A stretch of DNA of 64,000 nucleotides from an uncultured Clostridia bacterium (GCA_944350265.1 CALVOG010000003.1:25341-89340); one strand, 5' to 3'; shown: positions 51,765 through 62,906, counted from the first letter of the stretch. The notes: generated from the letters alone by a model not told the origin. Numbers and translations are program-made.

Positions 51765-52874
51765 CTATCTTACGCGTTCTTCTTGTGGAAAATCTTTGTG
51801 ATGAGAACGAGCATCATCACCCGAATGTTTACGCTTAAATATTGAAGATGACGCACCTTTGACAGACTCAATTTCTTTGCTTGCTGAAGTTAAAAACTTA
51901 TCAACAAAATCATTGATCATCTCTATATTTCTACGATATTCCTCTGATTTTGGATTCAAATGAGCCTTTACTTTTCTTAATTCTTTAATACAAACCTTTT
52001 CATGTTCTTTAATTAAATCAGTTCGTCCATCATTTTCAACATCCCAACCATTCTTTTCAAAATCATATTTAAATTCGCTAAAATATGTATTATCGCTAAG
52101 CCAAATTAGCTCATTAAAAGGATATTTATAATCAGTTTGTTTTAAATTTCTTAAAACAGCATAACAATTTGCTAATACTGCAATTCTCATATATTCGGGA
52201 GTAAGTTTTCCATAACAATCTTTTATTGACTGCGGATTAACATGTGGCGAGAAACCCAGCTGATTATAATAATATACAAAACAATTTTTCGGATTCTCAT
52301 AACCATAACCAAGCTCAATCCCTCTTCTCATCATTTCAAGCATAACATCTAGAATCTCTGGCGAAGTAGAAAATTCCCAAAATAATGAATAAGATGCTAT
52401 TGTTTGAGATATGTTCGCACCTTTGTCGAGTAAATCCTTTATTTCTCCAAACTTCGCTTCATTTTTGTTCTCTTTATACTCCACAATTGCTTTATAAAGC
52501 GCAACATCTAAAGATAATCGCTCATCACCCAATTCATTAAGCATTTCTTCAGCTTTTGAGAAATCATGGGCCTTAACCGCATCTTCGGTTTCTCTTATAA
52601 ACATCCAAACCCTTTTTTTACATAATTCCTTATAGTCTACAAGAACTCTTTCAAATGACGCTCCTTTGTCGAACAAATCCTTTATTTCCTCAAACTTCGC
52701 TTCGCTTTTATTCTCTTTATACTCCACAAGCGCTTTATAAAGTGCAACATCTAAAGAGAATTGCTCATCACCTAATTCATTAAGCATTTCTTCAACTTTT
52801 GAGAAATCATGAGCCATAACCGCTTTTCTTATTCTATTTCCTAACGCCAACTCTTTTTCATTTAATTTTCTCAT
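51765..52874 (-). CDS. Orphan protein with an internal duplication
   Basis: 369-aa ORF with GGAGG RBS and TTGACA-17-TATACT promoter; a ~56-aa segment is repeated at an 81-aa offset. Confidence 0.8.
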   Translation of the reverse strand: MRKLNEKELALGNRIRKAVMAHDFSKVEEMLNELGDEQFSLDVALYKALVEYKENKSEAKFEEIKDLFDKGASFERVLVDYKELCKKRVWMFIRETEDAVKAHDFSKAEEMLNELGDERLSLDVALYKAIVEYKENKNEAKFGEIKDLLDKGANISQTIASYSLFWEFSTSPEILDVMLEMMRRGIELGYGYENPKNCFVYYYNQLGFSPHVNPQSIKDCYGKLTPEYMRIAVLANCYAVLRNLKQTDYKYPFNELIWLSDNTYFSEFKYDFEKNGWDVENDGRTDLIKEHEKVCIKELRKVKAHLNPKSEEYRRNIEMINDFVDKFLTSASKEIESVKGASSSIFKRKHSGDDARSHHKDFPQEERVR

Positions 52875-53070
52875 AAACTTTACCCCTCCCCCACATTGTT
52901 GTCAAAAGTATAACACAAAAATCAACTGTTGTCAATATCCAATTTTAAAGGGTGCAAAGAAAAATTAATTGCAACAAATTTGCTTAAGAAAATAATCAAG
53001 TTTAATAATGTATTGTTTTGTAAAATGCAAAAAAAACACAAATAATATAGTTTAAATTTAAAACAATATA

Positions 53071-53934
53071 TCAATCTTCCTTATTCTCGCTATCATAGAA
53101 CTCGTTGAAGTCGATATACTTTTCGTGGTGCTTCCAGCCGACCATGGTGTCAACATTGCAGTTGTGAATGCTTTTGAAGATATGGTTTTCGATATCTGGA
53201 ATTTTTTCGCGCAATTCTTTGATTAAATTTTTGATATTTAGCCTTGCACTAGGCGAAATCTCATCTTCGTTTTGCGACATCTCGGTGAACCTACACGCAC
53301 ACTGTAAAAATTTTAGTTCGTTATAGTCCTTCCATGCTAAAATATCTTTTTCTTCAACATAATATAGAGGTCTAATAAGTTCTATTCCGTCAAAATTTTT
53401 TGAGCGAAGCTTTGGTGGCATAGCTTGAAGTTGCGCCCCATAAAACATTCCCACAAGCGTAGTTTCAATAACATCATTAAAGTGATGCGCTAAGGCTATC
53501 TTATTGCATCCTAGCTTCTGCGCCTCGCTGTAAAGGTAACCCCTCCTCATTCTAGCGCAAAGATAGCATGGAGATTTTTCCACATTCACAACACTATCAA
53601 AAATATCACTCTCAAAAATATGGAGAGGAATTTCAAGTTTTTTTGCATTTTCTTCTATTTGCTTTAAATTTTTTTCGTTATACCCGGGGTTCATACAAAT
53701 ATATAAAACTTCAAAATTTACATCGCTAATCTTTTTTAACTGTTGCATAAGTTTAGCAAGGAGCATACTGTCTTTTCCACCCGAAACACAAACTGCTATT
53801 TTATCACCTTCATTTACAAGTTTATATCGTTTTAGCGCAAGAATAAACTTAGTCCATATCGACTTTCGAAACTTTTTCATCAAACTTCTTTCTACTAATT
53901 GAGCATAACTCAGCTTAGTTAAATCTTTACTCAT
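53071..53934 (-). CDS. ttcA: TtcA-family tRNA 2-thiocytidine biosynthesis protein
   Basis: PP-loop SGGKDS, SPCYLCARMRRG, IALAHH and LIRPL motifs. Confidence 0.88.
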   Translation of the reverse strand: MSKDLTKLSYAQLVERSLMKKFRKSIWTKFILALKRYKLVNEGDKIAVCVSGGKDSMLLAKLMQQLKKISDVNFEVLYICMNPGYNEKNLKQIEENAKKLEIPLHIFESDIFDSVVNVEKSPCYLCARMRRGYLYSEAQKLGCNKIALAHHFNDVIETTLVGMFYGAQLQAMPPKLRSKNFDGIELIRPLYYVEEKDILAWKDYNELKFLQCACRFTEMSQNEDEISPSARLNIKNLIKELREKIPDIENHIFKSIHNCNVDTMVGWKHHEKYIDFNEFYDSENKED

Positions 53935-54148
53935 TACACATATAATACACTTTTTTATGTTAATTTTCAAGAAAAATCTAAAAAATACAGCATTTTTTAT
54001 GATTTTTTCGTGTTTTTATGTGATTTTTATTAGTTTAAAAAATATTTATAATAAACAACCTTTATTTTGTGATATATAAAAATTTCCTTGCTAAGTCCAT
54101 TTTGTTTAATCAAGTTTAAGATAAACCAACCCTTCTAGTTTATTTTCG

Positions 54149-54268
54149 CTATAAATCATCAGCGTCCTGAACAGGTTGTTCATACGGATTTTCAGGCACG
54201 CCCGTATAAGAACCCAGCGGGTCGGCTTTACTTTGAAACTTCTTCTTTTTCTTCTTAAATATGCTCAT
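54149..54268 (-). CDS. Small hypothetical protein (39 aa)
   Basis: MSIFKKKKKKFQSKADPLGSYTGVPENPYEQPVQDADDL; the DPLGSYTG...P.QDADDL pattern is one I recall from small clostridial proteins. Confidence 0.7.
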   Translation of the reverse strand: MSIFKKKKKKFQSKADPLGSYTGVPENPYEQPVQDADDL

Positions 54269-54541
54269 ATGTTTAATATGTGCAAATATAAAATATTTAA
54301 CCGCATTTTTTACAACACTGTTATTTTCAACAAAAACGCAACAAAAATTAATCAATAGCAAAGATATAATAGATTAAACATCAATTTTATTAAATAAACA
54401 CAAAATTTTAGATTTTTAATTGGATATAAAGAGTTTTAGTCTATAAATTTTCAAACTAATTAAAAAAGAGTTTTACCGATAAAAGTAGAACTCCTTTTCT
54501 TATTTTTTTGCTAGCTTTAAAATGATTTAACCTTGTCTCCT

Positions 54542-55393
54542 TTATTTACTTTCTCCGCCGTCATTTATATACAAAATGCCCAATGTGTTTTCTCCGCAAT
54601 GGCTGGAAATGGTCGCACCCGCCTTGGTTTCGTATATGGTTTTAAAACCGCGCTCGCGCAGAGCAGTTTTAGCCTCCTCAACCATTTTTTCGGTTGCCGT
54701 TGTGTAAGTGACAAAGCCCACCTCTAGGTCTGGGTTATTAAACTCGTCAAGGGTGTCGGCGCAATAATTTTTCACAACCTTATCCATATTTCCGCGATAT
54801 TTTTTATAAGGACCCATTTTGCCGTCTTTCAAAATAATCTGCGGACGTATCTGCAACAAATTTGCGCCAAAATAAGAGAGCGCCGAGCATCGCCCACCCT
54901 TATACAAAAATTCCAATTTTTTCAAAACGAAACTTGCTTGAACAAAAGGCACTCTTCTTAAGCATTTCTCGTAAACCTCTTCCGCGCTCGCCCCACCGCT
55001 CACAAGTTTTGAAGCATAGATTGCTTGAAGCGCAATGCCAGTTGAAAGCGACTTTGAATCCACAACAAAAACGTTCTTAAGTTTTTGCGACGCCTCCATC
55101 GCGTTTTTGCACGAACTTGATATTTCGCTCGACAAACAAAAATGAACAACAGCATCATATTCCTTTAAAAGATTTTTGAAATACTCCTCATACTGCACCG
55201 CGTTGATTGCCGAGGTCTTTGGCAAAGTTTTGGTTTCCTCATAAAACTTGAAAATTTCCTCGGGCAAAATTTCGCCGTCCAGAAATTCCTTGTCGCCCAA
55301 AATAATGGTATATGGCAAAGTGTGAATGTCAAACTCATTAAGCATCTCTTTTGGCAAGTCGATTGTGCTTTCGGCGGAAATTGCAATTTTCAT
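54542..55393 (-). CDS. DegV/FakB fatty-acid-binding protein
   Basis: ESTIDLP, PKTSA, LSSEISSS, VDSKSLSTG, LYKGGR and SHCG motifs. Confidence 0.93.
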   Translation of the reverse strand: MKIAISAESTIDLPKEMLNEFDIHTLPYTIILGDKEFLDGEILPEEIFKFYEETKTLPKTSAINAVQYEEYFKNLLKEYDAVVHFCLSSEISSSCKNAMEASQKLKNVFVVDSKSLSTGIALQAIYASKLVSGGASAEEVYEKCLRRVPFVQASFVLKKLEFLYKGGRCSALSYFGANLLQIRPQIILKDGKMGPYKKYRGNMDKVVKNYCADTLDEFNNPDLEVGFVTYTTATEKMVEEAKTALRERGFKTIYETKAGATISSHCGENTLGILYINDGGESK

Positions 55394-55958
55394 AAATTCT
55401 CCTTTTCGCTATCATAATGATAGTTTTCTATCACAACAACAACCGCGGTGTCATAATGATAGAACCCTCACAGTTATATTATAATAAAAATACTTAAAAA
55501 ATCAAAACAATTTTTAAAACTTTTTTCAGTTACTTAATTATTTTCTCAATATTTGCGTTTTGATACAAAATTTTATTTTACCCAAACATTTCTTTTAGGG
55601 CCAACAAATGAACGCGCATATTTATACACAAATAGATGCACATATGTTGAAATGAAAATTATAGGAAACCAAATGACGGACATTAAAAGTGAAATGAAGT
55701 GAAAAATATTAAAAATACAAAATAATTATAAAACGTAAAAATCGCAAAAAATTAATAAAATTTAATAAAATTTAATAAAAAAACATTAAAAAAATGAAAA
55801 AATTTAATAAAAATTAATAAAAGAGCGATAAAAATAAAAAAAGCGTAGATAATAGCAAACTTTAAAAATTAAAACTCTGCATTCCACCAAAAAGAAAAAT
55901 TGGTTATTTGTTTGCATTAACATTAAGCGCTATGCTAAAATTAAGATAGGAGGATAAT

Positions 55959-56954
55959 ATGAAAATTTCAAAAGGTAAATTCGTGCTTTTTTTGATTATG
56001 ACCATACTCTTCACCGCCTTTTCTATCTTCGCACTTGTCTACTACTTCGGCGAAATCTACCGGCCTTTTTTCTCAAAAGCAACCGCCGAATTTGAAGTGC
56101 CAGGGCTTAGTGAGGGCTTTGTGCCACAAGGGCTGGCATACGAGCAAAACTCAAACTCCTTTTTGGTTAGTGGGTATATGGCAAACGGTTCCCCATCGAG
56201 GGTCTATACGATTTCCGACGACAGCGTTAAATACATCACCCTATTAGACGGCGAAACACCTTACTTAGAACACGCGGGCGGAGTGGCGAGCGACGGCGAA
56301 GGCGTGTGGATTGTCGGCGACGGCAAGGTGAATTACATAAAACTGCAAACACTTTTAAACGCTGAAAACGGCGCCGAGATTGAGATTGATTCCACTTTTT
56401 CCGCACCAAACGGAGCCGATTTTGTAACAATTTATAATAACAAACTGCTTGTTGGCGAATTTTATAGAAGCGGAAATTATGAGAGAGATGATTCGCACAA
56501 AATTGAAACCGCTAACGGGCTTAACACAGCAGTGACCTTTGCATACACAATCAACAACAGCGCCGAATGTGGAATTGACGCCACGCCTGATTACGCAATT
56601 TCCACCACATCTCTCGTGCAGGGTATGGTGGTGACAAGCGACAAAATCATTCTTTCCACTTCTTACAGCCTTCCAAGTTCAGCCCTTTTAGCATATGACA
56701 ATATAATAGATAGCGAAAATTACATCACTCACACCTTTGGTGGATTTGGCGCAAATAAAGACGAGGAAATGGAACTGAAAACCTATATCCTAGACCAGCC
56801 AACCTCCGAGAAAACTCTCCCACCAATGAGCGAAGAGATAACAATTAAAGACGATAAATTATACATCCTGTTTGAAAACGCGTGCAGTAAATATAAGATG
56901 TTCACAAGACTAAATTTGACAAATGTTTATAGTTACGGCTTAGAAAATTTATAG
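55959..56954 (+). CDS. Membrane-anchored or secreted beta-propeller-like hypothetical protein
   Basis: N-terminal TM helix; FVPQGL, HAGGVA, VQGM, LSTSY and PPMSEEI motifs; AGGAGG RBS. Confidence 0.75.
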   Translation: MKISKGKFVLFLIMTILFTAFSIFALVYYFGEIYRPFFSKATAEFEVPGLSEGFVPQGLAYEQNSNSFLVSGYMANGSPSRVYTISDDSVKYITLLDGETPYLEHAGGVASDGEGVWIVGDGKVNYIKLQTLLNAENGAEIEIDSTFSAPNGADFVTIYNNKLLVGEFYRSGNYERDDSHKIETANGLNTAVTFAYTINNSAECGIDATPDYAISTTSLVQGMVVTSDKIILSTSYSLPSSALLAYDNIIDSENYITHTFGGFGANKDEEMELKTYILDQPTSEKTLPPMSEEITIKDDKLYILFENACSKYKMFTRLNLTNVYSYGLENL

Positions 56955-57284
56955 TTCAATTAAATGTAAACTGCTTAAAATCGCAAAAAAAATTCAAAAA
57001 AACCACTCCAAATTTGTAAAAGCATTAAAATTAGCATGAAATTGAAAAATTACTTTAACCAAAAAGTTAAAAATAATAAAACCACTCCAAATCTATAAAA
57101 AATTTTAAATAATAAAATCACGCCAAATTAGTAAAAGCATTATAGATAGCAAAAAATAAAAATTTACTTAGCATCCAAGTGAAACATTAAAATTTGCTCA
57201 AAAGAATCATCAAAAATAAATAAATTCAAAAAAATATTAAAAACAAATAAAAAAATAAATAAAAAACGCATTTTTTTGCGTTTT

Positions 57285-57797
57285 TTATTTATCTATACCA
57301 AAAAAAATTTCGAGCGCAACTCCCACCATAACACTAAACAAGCAAATGATGACTATAATTTTAGGGATTATAAATTTTGCCCGATTCGTTTTGATTGCCT
57401 CATCTCGCTTATACCTTGGAGTTGAAAAAAATGCTAAAACGGCGTAAACGATAACGCCAACGAAACTCCCAAGCATAAAGTATGGAATCTTGGTTGTCGC
57501 GCTGACAATCGTAAACGCCACACACAGCAAAAAACCTGCCATTGCACCCCAAAAACAAGATTTTGCCTTTTTGTCATCTAAAATTTTTCTATTCTCTAAA
57601 TCTTCATCACTAATTAGCGCATCAATTGAAACATCAAAAACTTTGCAAAGCATTTTAAGACTTTCCATATTTGGAAAACCTCTATCCGTCTCCCATTTTG
57701 AAATGGCTGTGCGCGTCACAAAAATTTTATCTGCAAGTTCGTCTTGCGTCAACTTGTTGCCTATTCTTAGTTTTTTAAGTTTTTCACCAAAAGTCAT
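57285..57797 (-). CDS. XRE-family HTH regulator with C-terminal transmembrane helices
   Basis: LTQDELADKIFVTRTAISKWETDRGFP followed by three hydrophobic segments. Confidence 0.9.
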   Translation of the reverse strand: MTFGEKLKKLRIGNKLTQDELADKIFVTRTAISKWETDRGFPNMESLKMLCKVFDVSIDALISDEDLENRKILDDKKAKSCFWGAMAGFLLCVAFTIVSATTKIPYFMLGSFVGVIVYAVLAFFSTPRYKRDEAIKTNRAKFIIPKIIVIICLFSVMVGVALEIFFGIDK

Positions 57798-58072
57798 ACT
57801 CTCTCTCCTTTTTCAAAAGCATTATATCACATTTTCAAGTGAACTTTGCGACACTTTCCGTCACATTTAACTTTTTAGATAAATTTTTTTCACAATTTTT
57901 ATAACTATTTCACCAAAATTAACTCAACTATGCCCACCTTAACTCCACTGCCCGTAGTGTTATTCCTGCTTGTTGTGAGGTTCGCTAGTTCCTCAATGCA
58001 AGCGAATTTTTAATAATCAATGGCGCTATCCACAGCCGCTATCCACAAAACAGCCCGCTTATTTTTACTAAT

Positions 58073-58318
58073 AAAAAAGGAACTTGGTTTTTTAATTTCC
58101 TTTGCTTTTTCTCACTAATATCAAATTAACTTTTTTTACACGATTATAATATTTTTATCTTAATTTTAATATTTTTTAACCTTTTTTAATATTTTTGACT
58201 TAATTTTAATATTTTTTAACCTTTTTTAATATTTTCGACTTAATTTTTATATTTTTTTTACCTAATTTTAATGTTTTCAACTTGGTTTTATTATTTTAAA
58301 AAAAGGAACTTGGTTTTT
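58073..58318. repeat. AT-rich 40-bp (2 x 20) tandem repeat bracketed by 20-bp direct repeats
   Basis: 58161-58200 and 58201-58240 are near-identical; AAAAAAGGAACTTGGTTTTT at 58073 and 58299. Confidence 0.75.
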
Positions 58319-58415
58319 AAGTTCATTCTTCTTATTTTAAACGTTTAAAGCCTAAAACATAGGCGTGGCACTTAATTATAAATTTAACCAATTTTAAAAC
58401 TTCAAGGTTTCTATG

Positions 58416-59738
58416 TTATTCCACTGTCACGCGGTAACAAGTTGGCACATCCTCCACCTTAACTTTTTCGCTTATCGCCACGCCTGCGATGACATAGACC
58501 TCATTTCCGCTTGCTAGCACTGGAATATAGTCGCGCTTCCTAAGCGGAATTTTTTTATCTATAAAAATGGATTTCAGTTTTTTCGTGCCTCCACCGAATT
58601 TTTCGAACACATCGCCGTCCTCTCTAAATCGCCAGTAGGCATCCTTCGGCACCTTTCGATAGTCAAAATACAACCCATTAGAGAGGTCATCGGTTTTCAC
58701 GCGCTTAATGGTTACAGTCCCAAAGTTTTCAACATCAAACGAAAAGCACTTGTTAGGCTTTCGAAGCACCGGTTTTTCCACAAAAACATTCTCAAAAGTG
58801 AGAAAACCATATTCTTTTCGCACAGAAACGTCGAGCGGAAGTTTAACCTTTTTGCCGTTATCTAAATTAAGCGCCAAATCTTTGATGATTTCGATATGCT
58901 TCCTCTCAATATCCTTTTTCACGCCGATTATCGAAAGCGCTTTGAATACCAGCCTTGAGTATACCGCGCTATGAAGCCTAAAAACACTGCACGGCAGTTG
59001 CACAACCTTATCGTCAACAACCAGTGAATTAAGGTCGATGTTGGCGTCGATATAGTCGTCATCCTCACAAACAGTGCGCGAAAAATTGTTAATCGCCTCA
59101 ATGGCGTTTGGCCAACGCGCCAAAATATCCTTCATCACAACATTGCGCATATAGTTTCGGCTGTAAGAGTTGTCATTATTGCTGGCATCCTCCACATATT
59201 CGATGTTGTTGAGCGACGCATACTCTAAAATTTCTTCCTTAGAAATGTTGAGCATTGGGCGGATATAAATTCCGTCCCTAATCGGCTCCATACCCTTCGC
59301 GCCTTTGATTCCTGCCCCGCGAAAAAGGTGCATCAAAATGGTTTCCGCCTGGTCGCTCATATGATGAGCGAGCGCAATCTTATCAACAATATCCTTCTTA
59401 ACAAGCGCCTCAAAAACTCCATACCGCCCTTCGCGCGCGCCCGTTTCCAAACTCACTTTTTTCTCTTTGGCAATCTTGTTGGAGTCGATGGTGAATTTAT
59501 ATACCCTAACTCCCATTTCCTTGCACTTGTCAAGCACAAACTTTGCCTCGTCGTAACTTTCTTCGCGGATGCCGTGATTGATGTGAATGCCGACGACGTC
59601 AATATCCAAAATATCTTTCACGCTGTTGAGGTAGTGAAGAAGGCACATTGAATCAACGCCACCACTGACGCCAACGCCAACCACATCACCTTTTTTCACA
59701 AGTTTGTTAGCCTTAATAAAATCTAAAATTCCGTCCAT
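58416..59738 (-). CDS. tilS: tRNA(Ile)-lysidine synthetase
   Basis: SGGVDSM, HINHG, LAHHMSDQAET, IRPML and KKLK motifs; follows spoIIE. Confidence 0.96.
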   Translation of the reverse strand: MDGILDFIKANKLVKKGDVVGVGVSGGVDSMCLLHYLNSVKDILDIDVVGIHINHGIREESYDEAKFVLDKCKEMGVRVYKFTIDSNKIAKEKKVSLETGAREGRYGVFEALVKKDIVDKIALAHHMSDQAETILMHLFRGAGIKGAKGMEPIRDGIYIRPMLNISKEEILEYASLNNIEYVEDASNNDNSYSRNYMRNVVMKDILARWPNAIEAINNFSRTVCEDDDYIDANIDLNSLVVDDKVVQLPCSVFRLHSAVYSRLVFKALSIIGVKKDIERKHIEIIKDLALNLDNGKKVKLPLDVSVRKEYGFLTFENVFVEKPVLRKPNKCFSFDVENFGTVTIKRVKTDDLSNGLYFDYRKVPKDAYWRFREDGDVFEKFGGGTKKLKSIFIDKKIPLRKRDYIPVLASGNEVYVIAGVAISEKVKVEDVPTCYRVTVE

Positions 59739-59915
59739 AGTTCCCAACCTTTTCTAATTGTATTATACAATAAAAAAGCATAAAATACAATATCTTTGTT
59801 GAAAATTTAGTAAAAAATGCAGAAAAACGCACTTTTTTGCGATTTTTTATTAAAATTCGCGCTATTTTTTTTGTGATTTTTCTATTGGCTTGTTTTTATG
59901 CAAAAATAGCGCCAC

Positions 59916-62204
59916 CTAATTTTCAAAGATTTTCAGCACCAAAACTGTCATATCATCAATGGCGTAACCTTTATTCTTCGCAAGTGCGGTTTCCAAAATT
60001 TGGTCGGCTAACTCTTGCGGATTTTTCGTCTTTATCTTTAAAACTTCCTCTTTGAAAAGTTCGTCGTCCTTAAAACTATCAAAAACGCCGTCGGAGCAAA
60101 GCACAATCACATCCTCGTTGGAAATCACCTCCTTCTGCACAGCGCCCTTCGCGTCATCAACGGCGCCTAGCGGTAGCGACGAGGAGTTCAGCGTTTTTAC
60201 ATTCTCAGCGCTTATTATATATGTTGGCGGACTTGCCATTTTGATAATGTCGCAAATTCCACTTTTTAAGTCCAGCACGCCCACATCAATCGCCGAAAAA
60301 ATATCGTCCTTGTGAAGTGTGAGAAGTTTGTTCACCGACGAGATGATAATTTCATTATCAAACCCCGCTCGGTAAAAATCTTCCACAAGCGCAAGCGAGA
60401 GGTCGCTGAAATTTTCTGCCTTTTCGCCACTTCCCATACCGTCGCTTATTGCAAACAGCACGCGGTCGCCGTCGATTTTTAAAATGGAGTAATTGTCGCC
60501 ACTTGCCGTGGAGCCTCCCTTGGTCTTTTGACTAACACCAAACATCGCCCCATAGCGCGGTGCCGTTTTCAGGTTGACCACCGTGTAATTTGGTCTTGCG
60601 CTCGAAAAAATCTCAAACACCGCCATCTTTTGCCCGCATACGCGACTGACGCAATCGGCAATTCGTAACTTTTCGGCATCCTCGTTTCGCACAACAAGCG
60701 AAACAATCATTGTGTGGATATCTTTTTCGAACACCACCGCATCAATGCATATGATGTTGTGATAGGTCAACTCGTCCAAAATTTTGTTTTCGCGCACAGA
60801 ATCAAACGACACACTTGCATCCACATCCTTCGAAAGCGTTTCCACAACCTTGCTGATTCCAAGAAGTTGGTCGGCGATAATGAGTTTGCTGGAATCCACC
60901 TCCCGCATCATCGACATATATTTCTTATACTGCGCAGTGAGCGCGTTGACGGAGCCGAGTATCGCCGTGGTCTGTTTGCATCGCGAAGTGAGGTAGGACG
61001 GAATATCTAAAAGCGTTGCCTTACGCTCAAAAGCCACCAAAGTCAACTCTTCGAAAACTTTTTTTGTGCTGTCAGCAAACGTGCGATGGCAATGGTTGCG
61101 CTCACTGCAATATGCACAAATCTTTTCGCATATTTCCTTGTATAGAATGCTTTTCACCTCCTCCTTCGACATCCCCTTTTTCACCATATTTCGATAAATC
61201 TCATTCATTTCCTTAAAAACTTCTGCGAGATTTTTTAGACGCTTGCCGAGAATTTCCCTGTTGCGATTAACCACATTTTTCATTGCCAGCCTATCCTTTG
61301 AAAGGTTGAAAATTGCCGAAAATTCACCGAGAAGTTTGTTGGGTAAAAGTAGAAACACTGCCGAGGAGATAACAAGTGGTAAAACCTCCACAATGCCGAA
61401 TGATGGATAGAGTTGAAAATATAACCCCGCCACCGATTCACCCAAAAGCATTCCCACCACCATAAAGATTTTGTGATAGTTTTTGAAAACCAGCGCGCAT
61501 AACGCCCAAATGGCAAACGGCGTGACAAAAATTGGATTATTTGTTGCAAAAAGCGCCCCTAAGCCCGCCGTGATTGCGCATAAAAGTGTTAAAATAGAGG
61601 TTGAAGTGTAGGCGAAAATCAAAATTATCAGCGAAACAAAAAGTTTTAATAAAGAAAACTCTCCAATTTTTACCCCAACCAGCCCCGAACATAAACTTAA
61701 AACAAGCACAAAAAGCGCAACGAATTCGAGCGTTGTCAATTTTCCTGTGAAGCCTCGCACCACCAGCGCCTCAAAGATGACAATCGCCAAGAACATATAT
61801 AAAACGCCAAGAATGATGTTGACGGCGGAAAGCAAAATCGAGTTATTTTCGAGTATGCTAAAAACCAAAAATGCCGTCTGTGATAGAAGCGCAAAAAGCC
61901 CAAACTCCCACTTTTTCATAACTTTTTTGCAAAGTACGTGAATGTAATACGGCACGATTAGAAAAAACGAGGTTGTGAGGAGCGAAATGGCGTTTTCAAA
62001 TGAGAAATTAATCGCAAGCCCTGAAATCAAATATGCGGGAATTAAAAGATAGACCTTTTGGTTAGCCCACGCAAGCGCAAAAAGCATACCAAACGCGAAT
62101 GGATAGAGAAGATTGTTTATGCTGGCGTTTTGCAGGACGAAAAATAAAAGTGTGTATGCGCAAAACGACAGCGCGCCTTTCAAAAACTTATCAAACTTTT
62201 TCAT
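59916..62204 (-). CDS. spoIIE: Stage II sporulation protein E (PP2C phosphatase)
   Basis: Multi-TM N-terminus; C..C...C region; SGDNY, ISDGMGSG, SDGV and DDMTV motifs; spoIIE-tilS synteny. Confidence 0.92.
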   Translation of the reverse strand: MKKFDKFLKGALSFCAYTLLFFVLQNASINNLLYPFAFGMLFALAWANQKVYLLIPAYLISGLAINFSFENAISLLTTSFFLIVPYYIHVLCKKVMKKWEFGLFALLSQTAFLVFSILENNSILLSAVNIILGVLYMFLAIVIFEALVVRGFTGKLTTLEFVALFVLVLSLCSGLVGVKIGEFSLLKLFVSLIILIFAYTSTSILTLLCAITAGLGALFATNNPIFVTPFAIWALCALVFKNYHKIFMVVGMLLGESVAGLYFQLYPSFGIVEVLPLVISSAVFLLLPNKLLGEFSAIFNLSKDRLAMKNVVNRNREILGKRLKNLAEVFKEMNEIYRNMVKKGMSKEEVKSILYKEICEKICAYCSERNHCHRTFADSTKKVFEELTLVAFERKATLLDIPSYLTSRCKQTTAILGSVNALTAQYKKYMSMMREVDSSKLIIADQLLGISKVVETLSKDVDASVSFDSVRENKILDELTYHNIICIDAVVFEKDIHTMIVSLVVRNEDAEKLRIADCVSRVCGQKMAVFEIFSSARPNYTVVNLKTAPRYGAMFGVSQKTKGGSTASGDNYSILKIDGDRVLFAISDGMGSGEKAENFSDLSLALVEDFYRAGFDNEIIISSVNKLLTLHKDDIFSAIDVGVLDLKSGICDIIKMASPPTYIISAENVKTLNSSSLPLGAVDDAKGAVQKEVISNEDVIVLCSDGVFDSFKDDELFKEEVLKIKTKNPQELADQILETALAKNKGYAIDDMTVLVLKIFEN

Positions 62205-62282
62205 AACTTAATTTTAAAATAAAAAAGAAGATGCGCAAACGCTTTTCTTGTCGCATTTGCACACCTTTTAACTTAATTTGAC

Positions 62283-62906
62283 TTATTTGTTGAAATATTT
62301 GCTGAAGCAATCGGCGCGGAGACGTTCATATTCCTCCTCCGACAAGAGGTTTTGGTCTTTAAGTGCCTTAATCTTATTGAGTTTCGCCTCCAAATCCTCG
62401 TAGCCCGAACTTTTGCTCTCAGTGTTGACATATTGCTCAGCGCCCTGCGGTTTTTGAGTGTCGTTATTTTGGGAGTTTTTATCGCTATCAGCCACTGACG
62501 CACTCGCCTTCTCTTTTTCGCGCGCAAGGTCAACAATCATAAGAATGCCACCCACGATGGAGATCATCGTCAAACTTATAAAGTTGAAAACAATCGCAGT
62601 TATAACGGTTCCTTGACGAGATGTGAACTGGTCGTGTGGTAATTTTGAGATGGAAATTGACTTCGCGTTGAACACAATTCCAATTATCCCAATAACTACA
62701 AATATAGCGCAAATAATTAATAGCACCACACAAGTTGTGTAAAGTGCGGTGAGGTCAGCCTCGCTCAATTCGCCAGTAAGAGTTGGGTCCTGCAATGTTG
62801 CAAACATACCCATTGCCACGAAAAAGTAAATGAAGCAAAAAAATACTGTCAGCGAAGAGCAAACAACTCCAATAATTGCACCTGAAAATAGCAAATTTCT
62901 TTTCAT
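62283..62906 (-). CDS. Membrane protein with a C-terminal SHOCT domain
   Basis: 3-4 TM helices; KLNKIKALKDQNLLSEEEYERLR. Confidence 0.85.
   Translation of the reverse strand: MKRNLLFSGAIIGVVCSSLTVFFCFIYFFVAMGMFATLQDPTLTGELSEADLTALYTTCVVLLIICAIFVVIGIIGIVFNAKSISISKLPHDQFTSRQGTVITAIVFNFISLTMISIVGGILMIVDLAREKEKASASVADSDKNSQNNDTQKPQGAEQYVNTESKSSGYEDLEAKLNKIKALKDQNLLSEEEYERLRADCFSKYFNK

Noticed and set aside
58024-58047. DnaA-box pair (CTATCCACA twice) or oriC
   Set aside because: Both are 8/9 matches within a short tandem duplication, and there is no dnaA context.
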